Below are positions 24,882 through 33,306 of a stretch of 64,000 nt of DNA, in pieces. Source of the DNA: Acidimicrobiales bacterium (GTDB lineage: Bacteria > Actinomycetota > Acidimicrobiia > Acidimicrobiales > VFJN01). The notes below the pieces were generated by a model, which was not told where the DNA came from, did no database searches, and saw only the letters and a program-made list of their open reading frames with translations. The stretch spans positions 10,009-74,008 of the forward strand of contig DASSDL010000166.1 of assembly GCA_035697145.1 (NCBI GenBank), written 5' to 3'. The stretch's first letter is position 1; each line of letters starts with the position of its first letter. The position numbers and the translations under genes are program-made.

Positions 24882-25772
24882 TCAGCTCGGGCGATCGGGC
24901 CAAACGATGTCGACGACCAGTCCTGAGTGGTCACTGGCGAGTTTGCCTGTGAGCGGTTCGTGGAAGGCGAGCTGCGCGGTGAGGATGCGTCCGGCTCCGC
25001 CCCGCCGCTGGAACGGATCCCCGACGAACACGTAGTCGATGCGCTTGCGGTGCACGTTCAGCGCCGCTGCGATCGGGTTGGTCCGCCAATCCTGGGTGTA
25101 GCCGGGACCGTCACCCGCAACCCGCCATGAGTCCTGGTAGAAGGCCGTGCGGCCGTCGAGACTCGCCAGCGAGCAGAGGAAGCGGATCTCGTCGCTGTCC
25201 GGCTCCGCGTTGAAGTCCCCGCACAGGATCGCCGGCATCGCGTCCCGAACCTGACCCGGGGTGACCGCCGCGTCCAGGTCGCCCCGCTCGGCCACGATGA
25301 GCTCATCGATGGCCAGCACCTGGAGCCGGCGATGGAGGCTGTCCCGTGGCGCGGCGGCGAGGTGGCAGGAGTAGACGTCAAGGCCCGCGGTCCGCACGTG
25401 CAACAGCTCCCACGGAACGCTGGCGACGAAGGCATCATTGTCGTCTACGAGCGGCAGCGGGTGATACGCGCTGCTGTCGATCGGCCAACGCGAGAGCACC
25501 GCCGACCCGAACTCGAGTGCAGGGTCGGGCCAAAGCTGGGCACCGAAGGGTCGACCGTCGAAGTGCCAGTGCCACCCGTGGTCTGGCATCTGGTCGACGA
25601 TCCAGCCCGCAGTGTTCGGCGTGCTGCCGTCATGCCAGATCTCCTGGAGGCAGACGATGTCCGCACGGAGATGCTCGAGCCACGCGACGATCTCGTGGCG
25701 GCGCTCGTTCCAACCTGGCTCCAGCAACGAGCCGGCGTTCAATTGGACTACCCGCAGCTCTTGGGACGGCAC
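24882..25772 (-). CDS. endonuclease/exonuclease/phosphatase (EEP) family protein
   Basis: 296 aa with 'LRVVQLNAGSL...ADIVCLQEI', 'GDFNAEPDSDE' and C-terminal 'SDHSGLVVDI'. Confidence 0.8.
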   Translation of the reverse strand: MPSQELRVVQLNAGSLLEPGWNERRHEIVAWLEHLRADIVCLQEIWHDGSTPNTAGWIVDQMPDHGWHWHFDGRPFGAQLWPDPALEFGSAVLSRWPIDSSAYHPLPLVDDNDAFVASVPWELLHVRTAGLDVYSCHLAAAPRDSLHRRLQVLAIDELIVAERGDLDAAVTPGQVRDAMPAILCGDFNAEPDSDEIRFLCSLASLDGRTAFYQDSWRVAGDGPGYTQDWRTNPIAAALNVHRKRIDYVFVGDPFQRRGGAGRILTAQLAFHEPLTGKLASDHSGLVVDIVWPDRPS

Positions 25773-25820
25773 GACCCCACGGTAGGTAGCCGGTCGCCGA
25801 TCCGGCGCGGGGCAACTGGA

Positions 25821-26615
25821 TCAGGTCGCCGGCTCGAGCCGCCAGCGATCGCCGTCACGCAGGATGGTTCCGCCGCCCGGCGCTTCGAACAATGGTGCGA
25901 TCAACAGCAGGTTTTCGCGGTAGCAGCGCTCGAGCAGCGCCCGCCGTGTCGCCCGCACCGCGTCAGGGTCGTGGTCGAGCTCGGCGACCTCGGGATTGGC
26001 GATCTGTGCCGGATGTAGGAACAGGTGCCCGCTGATGATGGCCGCGGGCGGGTCGCCAACGTAGACACCGAAGTGACCCGGATTGTGCCCCGGGAGCGGG
26101 TCCAGCACGACCCCGGGCGCGGGCTGGATGCGCTCGTCGTAGCGGTCGAGGAGCCCGGCGCGCTCGACGTCGAGCAGTCTCTCGGCACCGGCGCGATGGC
26201 CGTCTGCCAATGCGGTCATCTCGATGCCCGGAACGAGGTACCGCGCATATCTGAACGTCGGCACGCCGGTCGCCGGGTCGATGTTGGCTCCCACGCCGTC
26301 GATGTGCGAGTTGATCACGATGTCGATGTCGTCGGCACTCCACCCCGCCGTCCCGAGCGCCTCCAGGCGCGGCCTGAACCGGGCGGCATCATCGAACGCG
26401 AGCCAGGGATCGACGATCACCGTGTACGTGCCGTCGGTGAGCACTGTGGCACTCGACCCGATGCGAAGCGCCCAGTCATCGGTGACGAACCTCGGACGGA
26501 GCCATTGCGATCGCCGCAGGGCCGCCCGGGTCTCATCGTCCTGGGGAAGTACCAGCTCGAAGCCCGGGTCGGCGACTCGGGTGATCGTCCAACCGCCGAC
26601 CTGCCACCGATGCAC
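25821..26615 (-). CDS. MBL-fold protein with a degenerate metal-binding motif
   Basis: 264 aa. An MBL-like 'GHNPGHFGV' is present, but the HxHxDH position reads 'NSHIDGVG'. GC3 is visibly lower than in the neighbouring genes (many A/T-ending codons). Confidence 0.6.
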   Translation of the reverse strand: MHRWQVGGWTITRVADPGFELVLPQDDETRAALRRSQWLRPRFVTDDWALRIGSSATVLTDGTYTVIVDPWLAFDDAARFRPRLEALGTAGWSADDIDIVINSHIDGVGANIDPATGVPTFRYARYLVPGIEMTALADGHRAGAERLLDVERAGLLDRYDERIQPAPGVVLDPLPGHNPGHFGVYVGDPPAAIISGHLFLHPAQIANPEVAELDHDPDAVRATRRALLERCYRENLLLIAPLFEAPGGGTILRDGDRWRLEPAT

Positions 26616-26701
26616 GACGAGACGCTAGGAGATCACTGCGGCCGCTGTCGTCCGCGGGTGGCCAACGCCCGCGGCCAGCGAGGTGCGCCTGCCCTACTTG
26701 G

Positions 26702-27571
26702 TCATGGCCGGCGGGCCACCTCCCAGGCGACATGGGCGGCGTGGACCCTCTCCCACAGCGCGTCCCACGTCTGGTCGCTGAGGGGCGAGACGTCGAGGCC
26801 GAAGAGGCCGCCGAGGACGTCGGCCAGCTCGGTCCTGGTCGTGAGCGTCGACTCGGAGGCCCGGTCGCCGATCCTCTTCAGCGACAGCCCCCGCAGGATG
26901 TCGACACCGGACGCGTCGCGCCGTTGTGCGGTCATCACCCTCACGAACCCCGAGTCCGGTGACGTCGACAGCCAGGCGTGGCGCTCTGCGAAGGCGTCCA
27001 TCCCGACGGGCGCCGATCGCCACGACATGCCGGCGAAGCCACCCGTGGGGTCGTGCGTGAGGTGCCAGTCACCGATGGCGCCCGGCGTCTCGTCCAGCAC
27101 GAAGTCGAACGGGTCCTGGCGATACCTGCCGGCGGCCAGGGGAATGGGCTCGTGTAGCGCGTCGCCGAGGCCGGCGTCGACGTACCAGCTCCCACCGGGG
27201 TTGGCCCCGGTCGGAAGGCCGCGGACCGTCAGGACGAGGTGGTTGGTCATGCTGTCCTCGGTCGCCCCATCGGGACCGTGCACGCCGCCGACGTGACGCG
27301 ACACGTCGTAGCCGAGCGACTGGAGCAGCCCACCGAACGCGCCGTTGAGGTGGTAGCAGTACCCACCTCGCCCCCGGGTTGCGATCCGCGCCACCGACTC
27401 GGCGACGCCGATCCCCCAGTGCTCGCCGACGTGGATCCATAGCGTTTCGTACGCCACCCGCTCCACATGGGCACGGTGCAGCCTGAACAAACCGTCGACC
27501 GAAGGCGGTTCCGCCTCCAGGCCCAGCCTGACCAAATAGGCACCCTGATCGGTCCCGGAAATCACGGCCAC
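26702..27571 (-). CDS. nat: arylamine N-acetyltransferase
   Basis: 289 aa. 'YLVRLGL...L..LHRAHVERVAYETL' and the catalytic-Cys motif 'GRGGYCYHLNGAFGGLL' are NAT signatures. Confidence 0.85.
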   Translation of the reverse strand: MAVISGTDQGAYLVRLGLEAEPPSVDGLFRLHRAHVERVAYETLWIHVGEHWGIGVAESVARIATRGRGGYCYHLNGAFGGLLQSLGYDVSRHVGGVHGPDGATEDSMTNHLVLTVRGLPTGANPGGSWYVDAGLGDALHEPIPLAAGRYRQDPFDFVLDETPGAIGDWHLTHDPTGGFAGMSWRSAPVGMDAFAERHAWLSTSPDSGFVRVMTAQRRDASGVDILRGLSLKRIGDRASESTLTTRTELADVLGGLFGLDVSPLSDQTWDALWERVHAAHVAWEVARRP

Positions 27572-27576
27572 GCGAA

Positions 27577-27954
27577 CTACCTCCGGGGCGCAATCCGATG
27601 GGCGATCTGGAACACGTTCCCAGACGGGTCACGGACCATCGCCCGCCGGTCGCCGTACGGGGTGTCGAGCGGCTCCTCCACCGTCACTGCTCCGGCTTCG
27701 AGCGCCCGATGATACGTGCCGTCCGCATCGTCGACGTAGACGTAGAGGAACGCCGGGAACGGCTCGCGGGCGCCTGCCGACGTGACCATGACGAGCGAAT
27801 CGCCGATGCGGATCTCCGCCGGCCGGTCAGCCTGGACCTCGCCGGAGGCGCCGAATACAGCCCGCAGGAACTCGACCTGTGCCGCGGCATCCGGCACGAC
27901 CATGCGAGGCGTTACCGAGTGAAATCCAGTGGGTGGACGGCTGGCGGCAGCCAC
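27577..27954 (-). CDS. VOC-family (glyoxalase/bleomycin-resistance fold) protein
   Basis: 125 aa. 'VTPRMVVPDAAAQVEFLRAVFGA' and 'TPYGDRRAMVRDPSGNVFQIA' are typical of the family. It sits 5 nt upstream of nat on the same strand. Confidence 0.75.
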   Translation of the reverse strand: MAAASRPPTGFHSVTPRMVVPDAAAQVEFLRAVFGASGEVQADRPAEIRIGDSLVMVTSAGAREPFPAFLYVYVDDADGTYHRALEAGAVTVEEPLDTPYGDRRAMVRDPSGNVFQIAHRIAPRR

Positions 27955-28061
27955 CGGGACACTCTGTCACTCAACCGGTCTGGTACCGCAACAGGACGAT
28001 GCCGGACGTGGTAGACGGAGACGTGGGCGGGAACTCATCGGTGGATCGATGACCAGGAGCC

Positions 28062-28511
28062 ATGGACGTGGATCAGCCTGACCGAGACCGGCTTAGTCGC
28101 TTGGCACGCGCGTCGTCGCTGGCATTGGACGCGGCCGAATATGCGGACGTCCCGGTCGAGGTGGTGACCGAGCTGCGGTCGGTGTGCCTCGGGCTGCCGG
28201 GGACCGTCGAGAGGCAGGCTTGGGCCGGTACTCAGTGGCGGATCCGCAACCGGATGTTCGCCCACGTCCTCAGCATCGACTACCCGGACGGCCCGGTCAC
28301 AGTGATGACGTTCCGATCTTCGGGCCCGGAGCTTGACGCACTTCGGAGCTCGGGCCATCCGTTCTTCCGGCCGGCCTGGGGAGCCAACCTGGTCGGCATG
28401 GTGCTCGACGCGGATGTCAACCGGGGCGAGGTCGCCGAGCTGCTCATCGACAGCTACTGCGTCCTCGCCCCCAGGAAGTTGATCGAGCAGATCGACCGAC
28501 CCACCGAATGA
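28062..28511 (+). CDS. MmcQ/YjbR-family DNA-binding protein
   Basis: 149 aa. 'LRSVCLGLPGTVERQAWAGTQWRIRNRMFAHV' and 'FFRPAWGANLVGMVLD...EVAELLIDSYCVLAPRKL' fit the YjbR pattern. Confidence 0.75.
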   Translation: MDVDQPDRDRLSRLARASSLALDAAEYADVPVEVVTELRSVCLGLPGTVERQAWAGTQWRIRNRMFAHVLSIDYPDGPVTVMTFRSSGPELDALRSSGHPFFRPAWGANLVGMVLDADVNRGEVAELLIDSYCVLAPRKLIEQIDRPTE

Positions 28512-28752
28512 CCGGTGGACGCCGACGAGGGTGGTGACCGGGGAACGGAGAGTTCGCCAACCATTCGGCGGGAGCCGACTCGTCACGTGCCCCATCCGCG
28601 TGTTGCACGAGGAATGCTCCGCCATCCAGCCACGCGAAGGTGGTACGCGCCTCGCCGCCGACTGGCTGCCCACCGGCAGTTGCCTCCAGCTCCCATTCGC
28701 CCACGAATGCCTCCAAGCGGGCGAGCGCGGGGTTCGTCGTTGCCTCGGGCAT
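28444..28752 (-). pseudogene. truncated, frameshifted remnant of a small conserved beta-barrel-type protein (DUF1579-like, name from memory)
   Basis: ATG 28752 is preceded by AAGGAGGAGG. 'PALARLEAFVGEWELEATAGGQPVGGEARTTFAWLDGGAFLVQHA...EWLANSPFP' matches the family. After a C4 run (about 28538-28541) the similarity continues in another frame ('VTTLVGV'). It then ends at the MmcQ stop. The as-read tail is Arg-rich junk that overlaps mmcQ. Confidence 0.55.
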
Positions 28753-28950
28753 TGACCTCCTCCTTTGCGATGCGGATTTGCAAATGGCCCCGTCGGCCCT
28801 GAGGTTGCGGCGCGCCCGGGCCGGCCCTGCCTCAGGCGGAGTCGCCGTCTGCTCGCGTGTAGCTGCGAGTCCGAGAAAGTCAACATTTGGGCCGAGTCCA
28901 TATCCTTGGCCTACCATCCCGAGGCTGCGCCCAGTCACAAGGAGGGATCG

Positions 28951-31110
28951 ATGGCCATCGCGATCGGCGACGCGCACCGCGAGCTCGCCGACGTCGCCCG
29001 GTCGTTCCTGCAGGGGGAGAAGGCGAGGGCGGCGGCGAGGGCGTTGCTCGATGCAGCCGACGAGGGCAGGCCGGGCTTCTGGGATTCGATGGTGGAGCTC
29101 GGGTGGACCGGACTCCACGTCCCCGAGCGCTATGGGGGCTCGGGCTACGGCTTGCCCGAGCTCGCCGTCGTCCTCGAGGCGCTGGGCCGTTCCGTGGCGC
29201 CCGGGCCCTTCCTACCGACCGTCGTGCTGTCGGCGATCATCGCCGACTGCGGCTCCGACGACCAACGTTCCCGCCTCTTGCCGGGGTTGGTCGACGGCTC
29301 GACCGTCGCCGGCCTCGGGCTCGGAGGATCATTGGCGATCGGCGCCGAGGTGGTCGACGGCGACGCGGGGATCGTGCTGGGCGCCGGCACGGCCGATGTG
29401 CTGGCGCTGGCGGTCGGTGACGACCTGGCGGTCGTACCGCGCAACGCCGAGGGTGTGACCGTGGCCGGGGGCGGCAACCTCGATCCGACACGACGCTCGG
29501 CCCAGGTCCGACTCCACCGCGTGGCGTTGGATGCCGTCAGCGTCCTCGGTGGCCGGAGGTCTCGGGCACTGGCCTTCGCCCGCACCCTCGCGGCCGCCGA
29601 GGCGTCCGGCGGTGCTCGCGAGTGCGTCGAGATGGCGACCGACTACGCCAAGGCTCGCGTGCAGTTCGGGAGGGTCATCGGCACCTATGGGCCGGTCAAG
29701 CACCACTGCGCCAACATGCTCGTCGCCGCCGAGCTGGCGACCGCCGCCGCGTGGGACGCCGCCCGAGCCGCCTCCGGCGACCCCGAGCAGTTCGCGCTGG
29801 CGAGCGCGGTCGCCGCCACCCAGGCGCTGTCCGCCTACGTCGGCAACGCCCAACTCAACATCCAGGTGCACGGCGGCATCGGTTTCACCTGGGAGCACGA
29901 CGCGCACATGCTGCTGCGACGCGCCGGTGCGCTGGCCGCGCTGTTCGAGCCCGGCGTGGCCGCGGCGGACGTGGCGCGGATCATCAATGGCGGGGTGACC
30001 CGCCGGCTGGACCTCGAGCTACCTTCGGAGGCCGACGTCATCCGCGACGAGGTGCGGGCGCTGGTGGCGGAGGTCGCTGCGCTCCCTGCCGAGCAACGGC
30101 GCTCCCGGCTGATCGACGCCGGTCTGGCCATGCCGCACTGGCCGATGCCCTGGGGTCGCGCGGCCCGAGCTGTCGAGCAGATCGTCATCGACCAGGAGCT
30201 CGACCGGGCCGGTGTCGAGCGGCCGCAGTACGGCATCACCGGCTGGATCACCCTCACGCTGATCCAGCACGCCAGCGCCGACCAGGTGGAACGGTGGGTG
30301 CGGCCGAGCCTCGAAGGCGCGCTGGTGTGGTGCCAGCTGTTCAGCGAGCCCAACGCGGGGTCCGACGCCGCCGGGATCCGCACCCGCGGGACGCGGGTCG
30401 AGGGGGGATGGCGGGTGAGCGGCCAGAAGGTGTGGACCAGCGGGGCGCAGTACTGCCAGCGCGGCCTGGCGACCGTGCGCACCGACCCCGACGCCCCGAA
30501 GCACGCCGGGATCACGATGATGGTCATCGACATGCACGCCGAGGGTGTCGACGTCCGTCCTCTGCGCGAGGCGTCCGGCGGCGCGATGTTCAACGAGGTC
30601 TTCTTCGACGACGTGTTCGTGCCCGACGACGACGTCGTGGGACCGGTCAGCGGCGGCTGGACGGTCGCTCGTTCGACGCTCGGGAACGAGCGGGTCAGCA
30701 TCGGTGGAAGCGAGGGCGTCGGGGGCGGTGGCTTGCTGCTGGACGTCTACCGGCAGCGCAAGGACGCCGTGCCCGACGCCGGGCGTATCGTCGGTCGGCT
30801 CCTGGCCGAAGCGCAGACGATGCGGGTCCTCAACCTGCGGCGGGCCGAGCGGGCCGTCGCCGGGGGCGAACCGGGCCCCGAGGGAAACGTGACCAAGCTC
30901 CTCAGCGCCGAGCACGCCCAGCGGGTCGCAGATGCCGGCCTGGCCATCCTCGGGCCGGAGGTGGCACTGACCGACGGTCTCGGCGGGCGGGTCGGGGCCG
31001 CGCTCATCTTCAGCCGAGCCCTGTCGATCGCCGGCGGGACGTCAGAGATCACCCGCAACCAGATCGGGGAGCGCATCCTCGGCTTGCCGCGGGATCCCCT
31101 GGTCAAGTGA
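28951..31110 (+). CDS. acyl-CoA dehydrogenase with two tandem ACAD modules (about 719 aa)
   Basis: ATG 28951 is preceded by AAGGAGGG. The first module has 'ELGWTGLHVPERYGGSGYGLPELAVVLEALGR'. The second has 'CQLFSEPNAGSDAAGIRTRG...GWRVSGQKVWTSGA' and 'AGGTSEITRNQIGERILGLP'. Confidence 0.85.
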   Translation: MAIAIGDAHRELADVARSFLQGEKARAAARALLDAADEGRPGFWDSMVELGWTGLHVPERYGGSGYGLPELAVVLEALGRSVAPGPFLPTVVLSAIIADCGSDDQRSRLLPGLVDGSTVAGLGLGGSLAIGAEVVDGDAGIVLGAGTADVLALAVGDDLAVVPRNAEGVTVAGGGNLDPTRRSAQVRLHRVALDAVSVLGGRRSRALAFARTLAAAEASGGARECVEMATDYAKARVQFGRVIGTYGPVKHHCANMLVAAELATAAAWDAARAASGDPEQFALASAVAATQALSAYVGNAQLNIQVHGGIGFTWEHDAHMLLRRAGALAALFEPGVAAADVARIINGGVTRRLDLELPSEADVIRDEVRALVAEVAALPAEQRRSRLIDAGLAMPHWPMPWGRAARAVEQIVIDQELDRAGVERPQYGITGWITLTLIQHASADQVERWVRPSLEGALVWCQLFSEPNAGSDAAGIRTRGTRVEGGWRVSGQKVWTSGAQYCQRGLATVRTDPDAPKHAGITMMVIDMHAEGVDVRPLREASGGAMFNEVFFDDVFVPDDDVVGPVSGGWTVARSTLGNERVSIGGSEGVGGGGLLLDVYRQRKDAVPDAGRIVGRLLAEAQTMRVLNLRRAERAVAGGEPGPEGNVTKLLSAEHAQRVADAGLAILGPEVALTDGLGGRVGAALIFSRALSIAGGTSEITRNQIGERILGLPRDPLVK

Positions 31111-31163
31111 GCCGCCGGTGACGGCTACATCGGAGAGCGACACGTCGGCACCCCCCGGCCGGT

Positions 31164-31940
31164 TCACTGGCCCACGTGCAGCCCGCCGTCCACGCGCACG
31201 ATCGCGCCGCTGGTGAAGCTCGACGCCGGGCTGGCGAGGAACAGCGCCGCCGTGACGATCTCATCGGGGTGTCCCGGGCGGCCCAGGGCGTTGTCTGCCT
31301 TCTCACGCTGCTCCTCGGGCCAGGCCCTGGCGATGTCGGTGAGGAACGGCCCGGGCGACAGCGTGTTGACACGGACCTTCGGCCCGTACTCGGCCGCCAG
31401 CGAGCGGGTCATGGCGTTGAGGGCGGCCTTGGCGCTGCCGTAGGGGATGACGCCGGGCAGCGGCATGAGCGCGCCCGTCGACGACACGTTGATGATCACG
31501 CCGCCGTCGCCGTCGTACATGCGCTTGGCGACCTGGCTGGCGAGCCGGAACGGGCCCTTGAAGTTGAGCCCGACCACGCTGTCGAACAGGTCCTCGGTGA
31601 CCTCGTGACTGGGCATCGGCGGGCTCATGCCGGCGTTGTTCACGAGGACGTCGACACGCCCGAACTCGGCGTAGGCGGCGTCGATCAGCCGGTCGATCGC
31701 GTCCCACTTGGCGGCGTGGACCGCGAACGGGAACGCCCGACGACCCAGTTCCCGGACCTCGGCCGCCGCCTTCTCGCAGCTCTCGAGCTTGCGGCTGGCG
31801 ATGATGACATCGGCGCCGCGCTGGGCGAACGCCAGGACCATCGCGCGCCCGAGGCCGCGGCTGCCGCCCGTGACCAAGGCGACCTTGTCGCTCATGTCGA
31901 AGTACGGATCCGTCGTCTCCATCGACAACTTCGTCATCAA
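31164..31940 (-). CDS. SDR-family oxidoreductase
   Basis: 'KVALVTGGSRGLGRAM', 'VLVNNAGM' and 'YGSAKAALNAMT'. The start may be ATG 31922. Confidence 0.85.
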   Translation of the reverse strand: MMTKLSMETTDPYFDMSDKVALVTGGSRGLGRAMVLAFAQRGADVIIASRKLESCEKAAAEVRELGRRAFPFAVHAAKWDAIDRLIDAAYAEFGRVDVLVNNAGMSPPMPSHEVTEDLFDSVVGLNFKGPFRLASQVAKRMYDGDGGVIINVSSTGALMPLPGVIPYGSAKAALNAMTRSLAAEYGPKVRVNTLSPGPFLTDIARAWPEEQREKADNALGRPGHPDEIVTAALFLASPASSFTSGAIVRVDGGLHVGQ

Positions 31941-31962
31941 TGACCGAGGTCGGAGGCGGCCG

Positions 31963-32274
31963 CTAGAGCACCGAGCGAACCCTCTGGAGCGCCTCTTGGG
32001 TTATCGGGGTGGCGTCAGCGATATCCAGAACCGGAACCACCTCGAAGTCCAGCCACGGTGACCACACGGCGAGGTCACGGAACAGGTCAGCCTGGTCGTC
32101 GGTCTCGATCACGGCGAAGCCGCCGGTCCCGTCACAGCGCTGGACCCACTGATGGATCGTCGCCGCATCGCTTGGCGTCCAGTTCGCTAGCAACTTCTGG
32201 GCGGTCTCACCAGCCGAGACTCGCTCCTCGACTGATCCGCCGGCCGCCACGGTGTAGGACAGTACGAATTTCAT
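31963..32274 (-). CDS. DUF3303-family protein (name from memory)
   Basis: 103 aa. 'MKFVLSYTVAAGGS...LLANWTPSDAATIHQWVQRCDGTGGFAVIETDD...PWLDFEVVPVLDI' matches my memory of DUF3303. Confidence 0.6.
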   Translation of the reverse strand: MKFVLSYTVAAGGSVEERVSAGETAQKLLANWTPSDAATIHQWVQRCDGTGGFAVIETDDQADLFRDLAVWSPWLDFEVVPVLDIADATPITQEALQRVRSVL

Positions 32275-32353
32275 ACGAGACCCTCCCGCTCAAGTGGTCG
32301 AATCCCGATTGTCGCCGTGAGATCGGCCAGTGTCCAGAGGGGGAGCCCAGCCC

Positions 32354-33088
32354 TCAGGCCCGGCGTGCGGCAGCGGTCGTGCGACGCCGACGGGGCGTGG
32401 CGACGACAAGGTTGCGGGCCCCGGCCAGCAACAATGCTGTGCGTTGACGTAGCACCGCCGCGAGGTCGACCCGCTCGTCGACGGTCCACTCCCTGATCCC
32501 GTCCATGACCAAGGCCGTGAGCATCGCCGCCAGGTCTCTGGGGGAGATGTCGTTCGGCAGCTCGCCCGAGTCCTGGGCGTGGGTGAACACGACCGAGAAC
32601 GCCCGCTGGAACCCGAAGTGCTCCTGATCGTGCAGGAGCTCGGACTCCGGGGCGCGGTGGAACTCCTGGATCATGCGCCCCACCGCGGCGCGGGGGCCCT
32701 TCTCGATGCGCCGGGCGAGCTTCGTCATCAATTGGTCCAGGACCGTGTCGAGCGAGCGACCGTTGGCCAGTGCGCGGAGTGCGTCCTCGTACAGCACTCT
32801 GGCGGTCAACCAACCCATCTCGAGCAGGACCTGCTCCTTCCGCGCAAAGTGGAAGTAGAAGGTTCCCTTGGCGACGCCGGCCCGAGCGGCGATCTCTTCG
32901 GCCGTCGTGGTGTCGATCCCAGTCTCGAAACCCCGTTCGCTCCACAGGTCCAGAGCCGCCTTGACCAGCTTCCGCCGGGTTTCGCGCGAACGTTCCTGCG
33001 CCAGTGAGGACCGCTTGGGGCCGTCGTGGTGGGTGGTCAGCTGCACGACCGCAGCGGATGTGCCCCGCTTGGTGGAGGTTCGTGCCAA
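32354..33088 (-). CDS. TetR/AcrR-family transcriptional regulator
   Basis: The HTH is 'TRRKLVKAALDLWSERGFETGIDTTTAEEIAARAGVAKGTFYFHFARKE'. I chose TTG 33088 because GAAGGAG lies 8 nt upstream. GTG 33046 is an alternative start. Confidence 0.8.
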   Translation of the reverse strand: MARTSTKRGTSAAVVQLTTHHDGPKRSSLAQERSRETRRKLVKAALDLWSERGFETGIDTTTAEEIAARAGVAKGTFYFHFARKEQVLLEMGWLTARVLYEDALRALANGRSLDTVLDQLMTKLARRIEKGPRAAVGRMIQEFHRAPESELLHDQEHFGFQRAFSVVFTHAQDSGELPNDISPRDLAAMLTALVMDGIREWTVDERVDLAAVLRQRTALLLAGARNLVVATPRRRRTTAAARRA

Positions 33089-33138
33089 GGGAACAACTCC
33101 TTCGTCGACGCCGCTCCGATGTCTACGCACGGCCGTGC

Positions 33139-33168
33139 GACTATACCGAGCGCTGACTCGCGCGGTCA
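33139..33168 (-). promoter_or_regulatory. candidate tetR promoter (-10 TATAGT, -35 TGACCG) overlapped by a short inverted repeat
   Basis: On the minus strand, TATAGT is the rc of 33139-33144. TGACCG lies 17 nt upstream (rc of 33162-33167). The repeat CTGAC-n7-GTCAG spans 33152-33168. The promoter is about 50 nt upstream of the TetR start. Confidence 0.35.
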
Positions 33169-33306
33169 GAAGTTGGTGCACGCACAGTCGCCCAGAGTTT
33201 GGGCTCCATCCAAACGACAGGACGACGAGCCATGCCACCAAACGCTCGGTCGCCGTGCGGAACTCGGAGTCGCCGGCTCAATCCCTGAAGGCGGTTTCCT
33301 GTCGGC

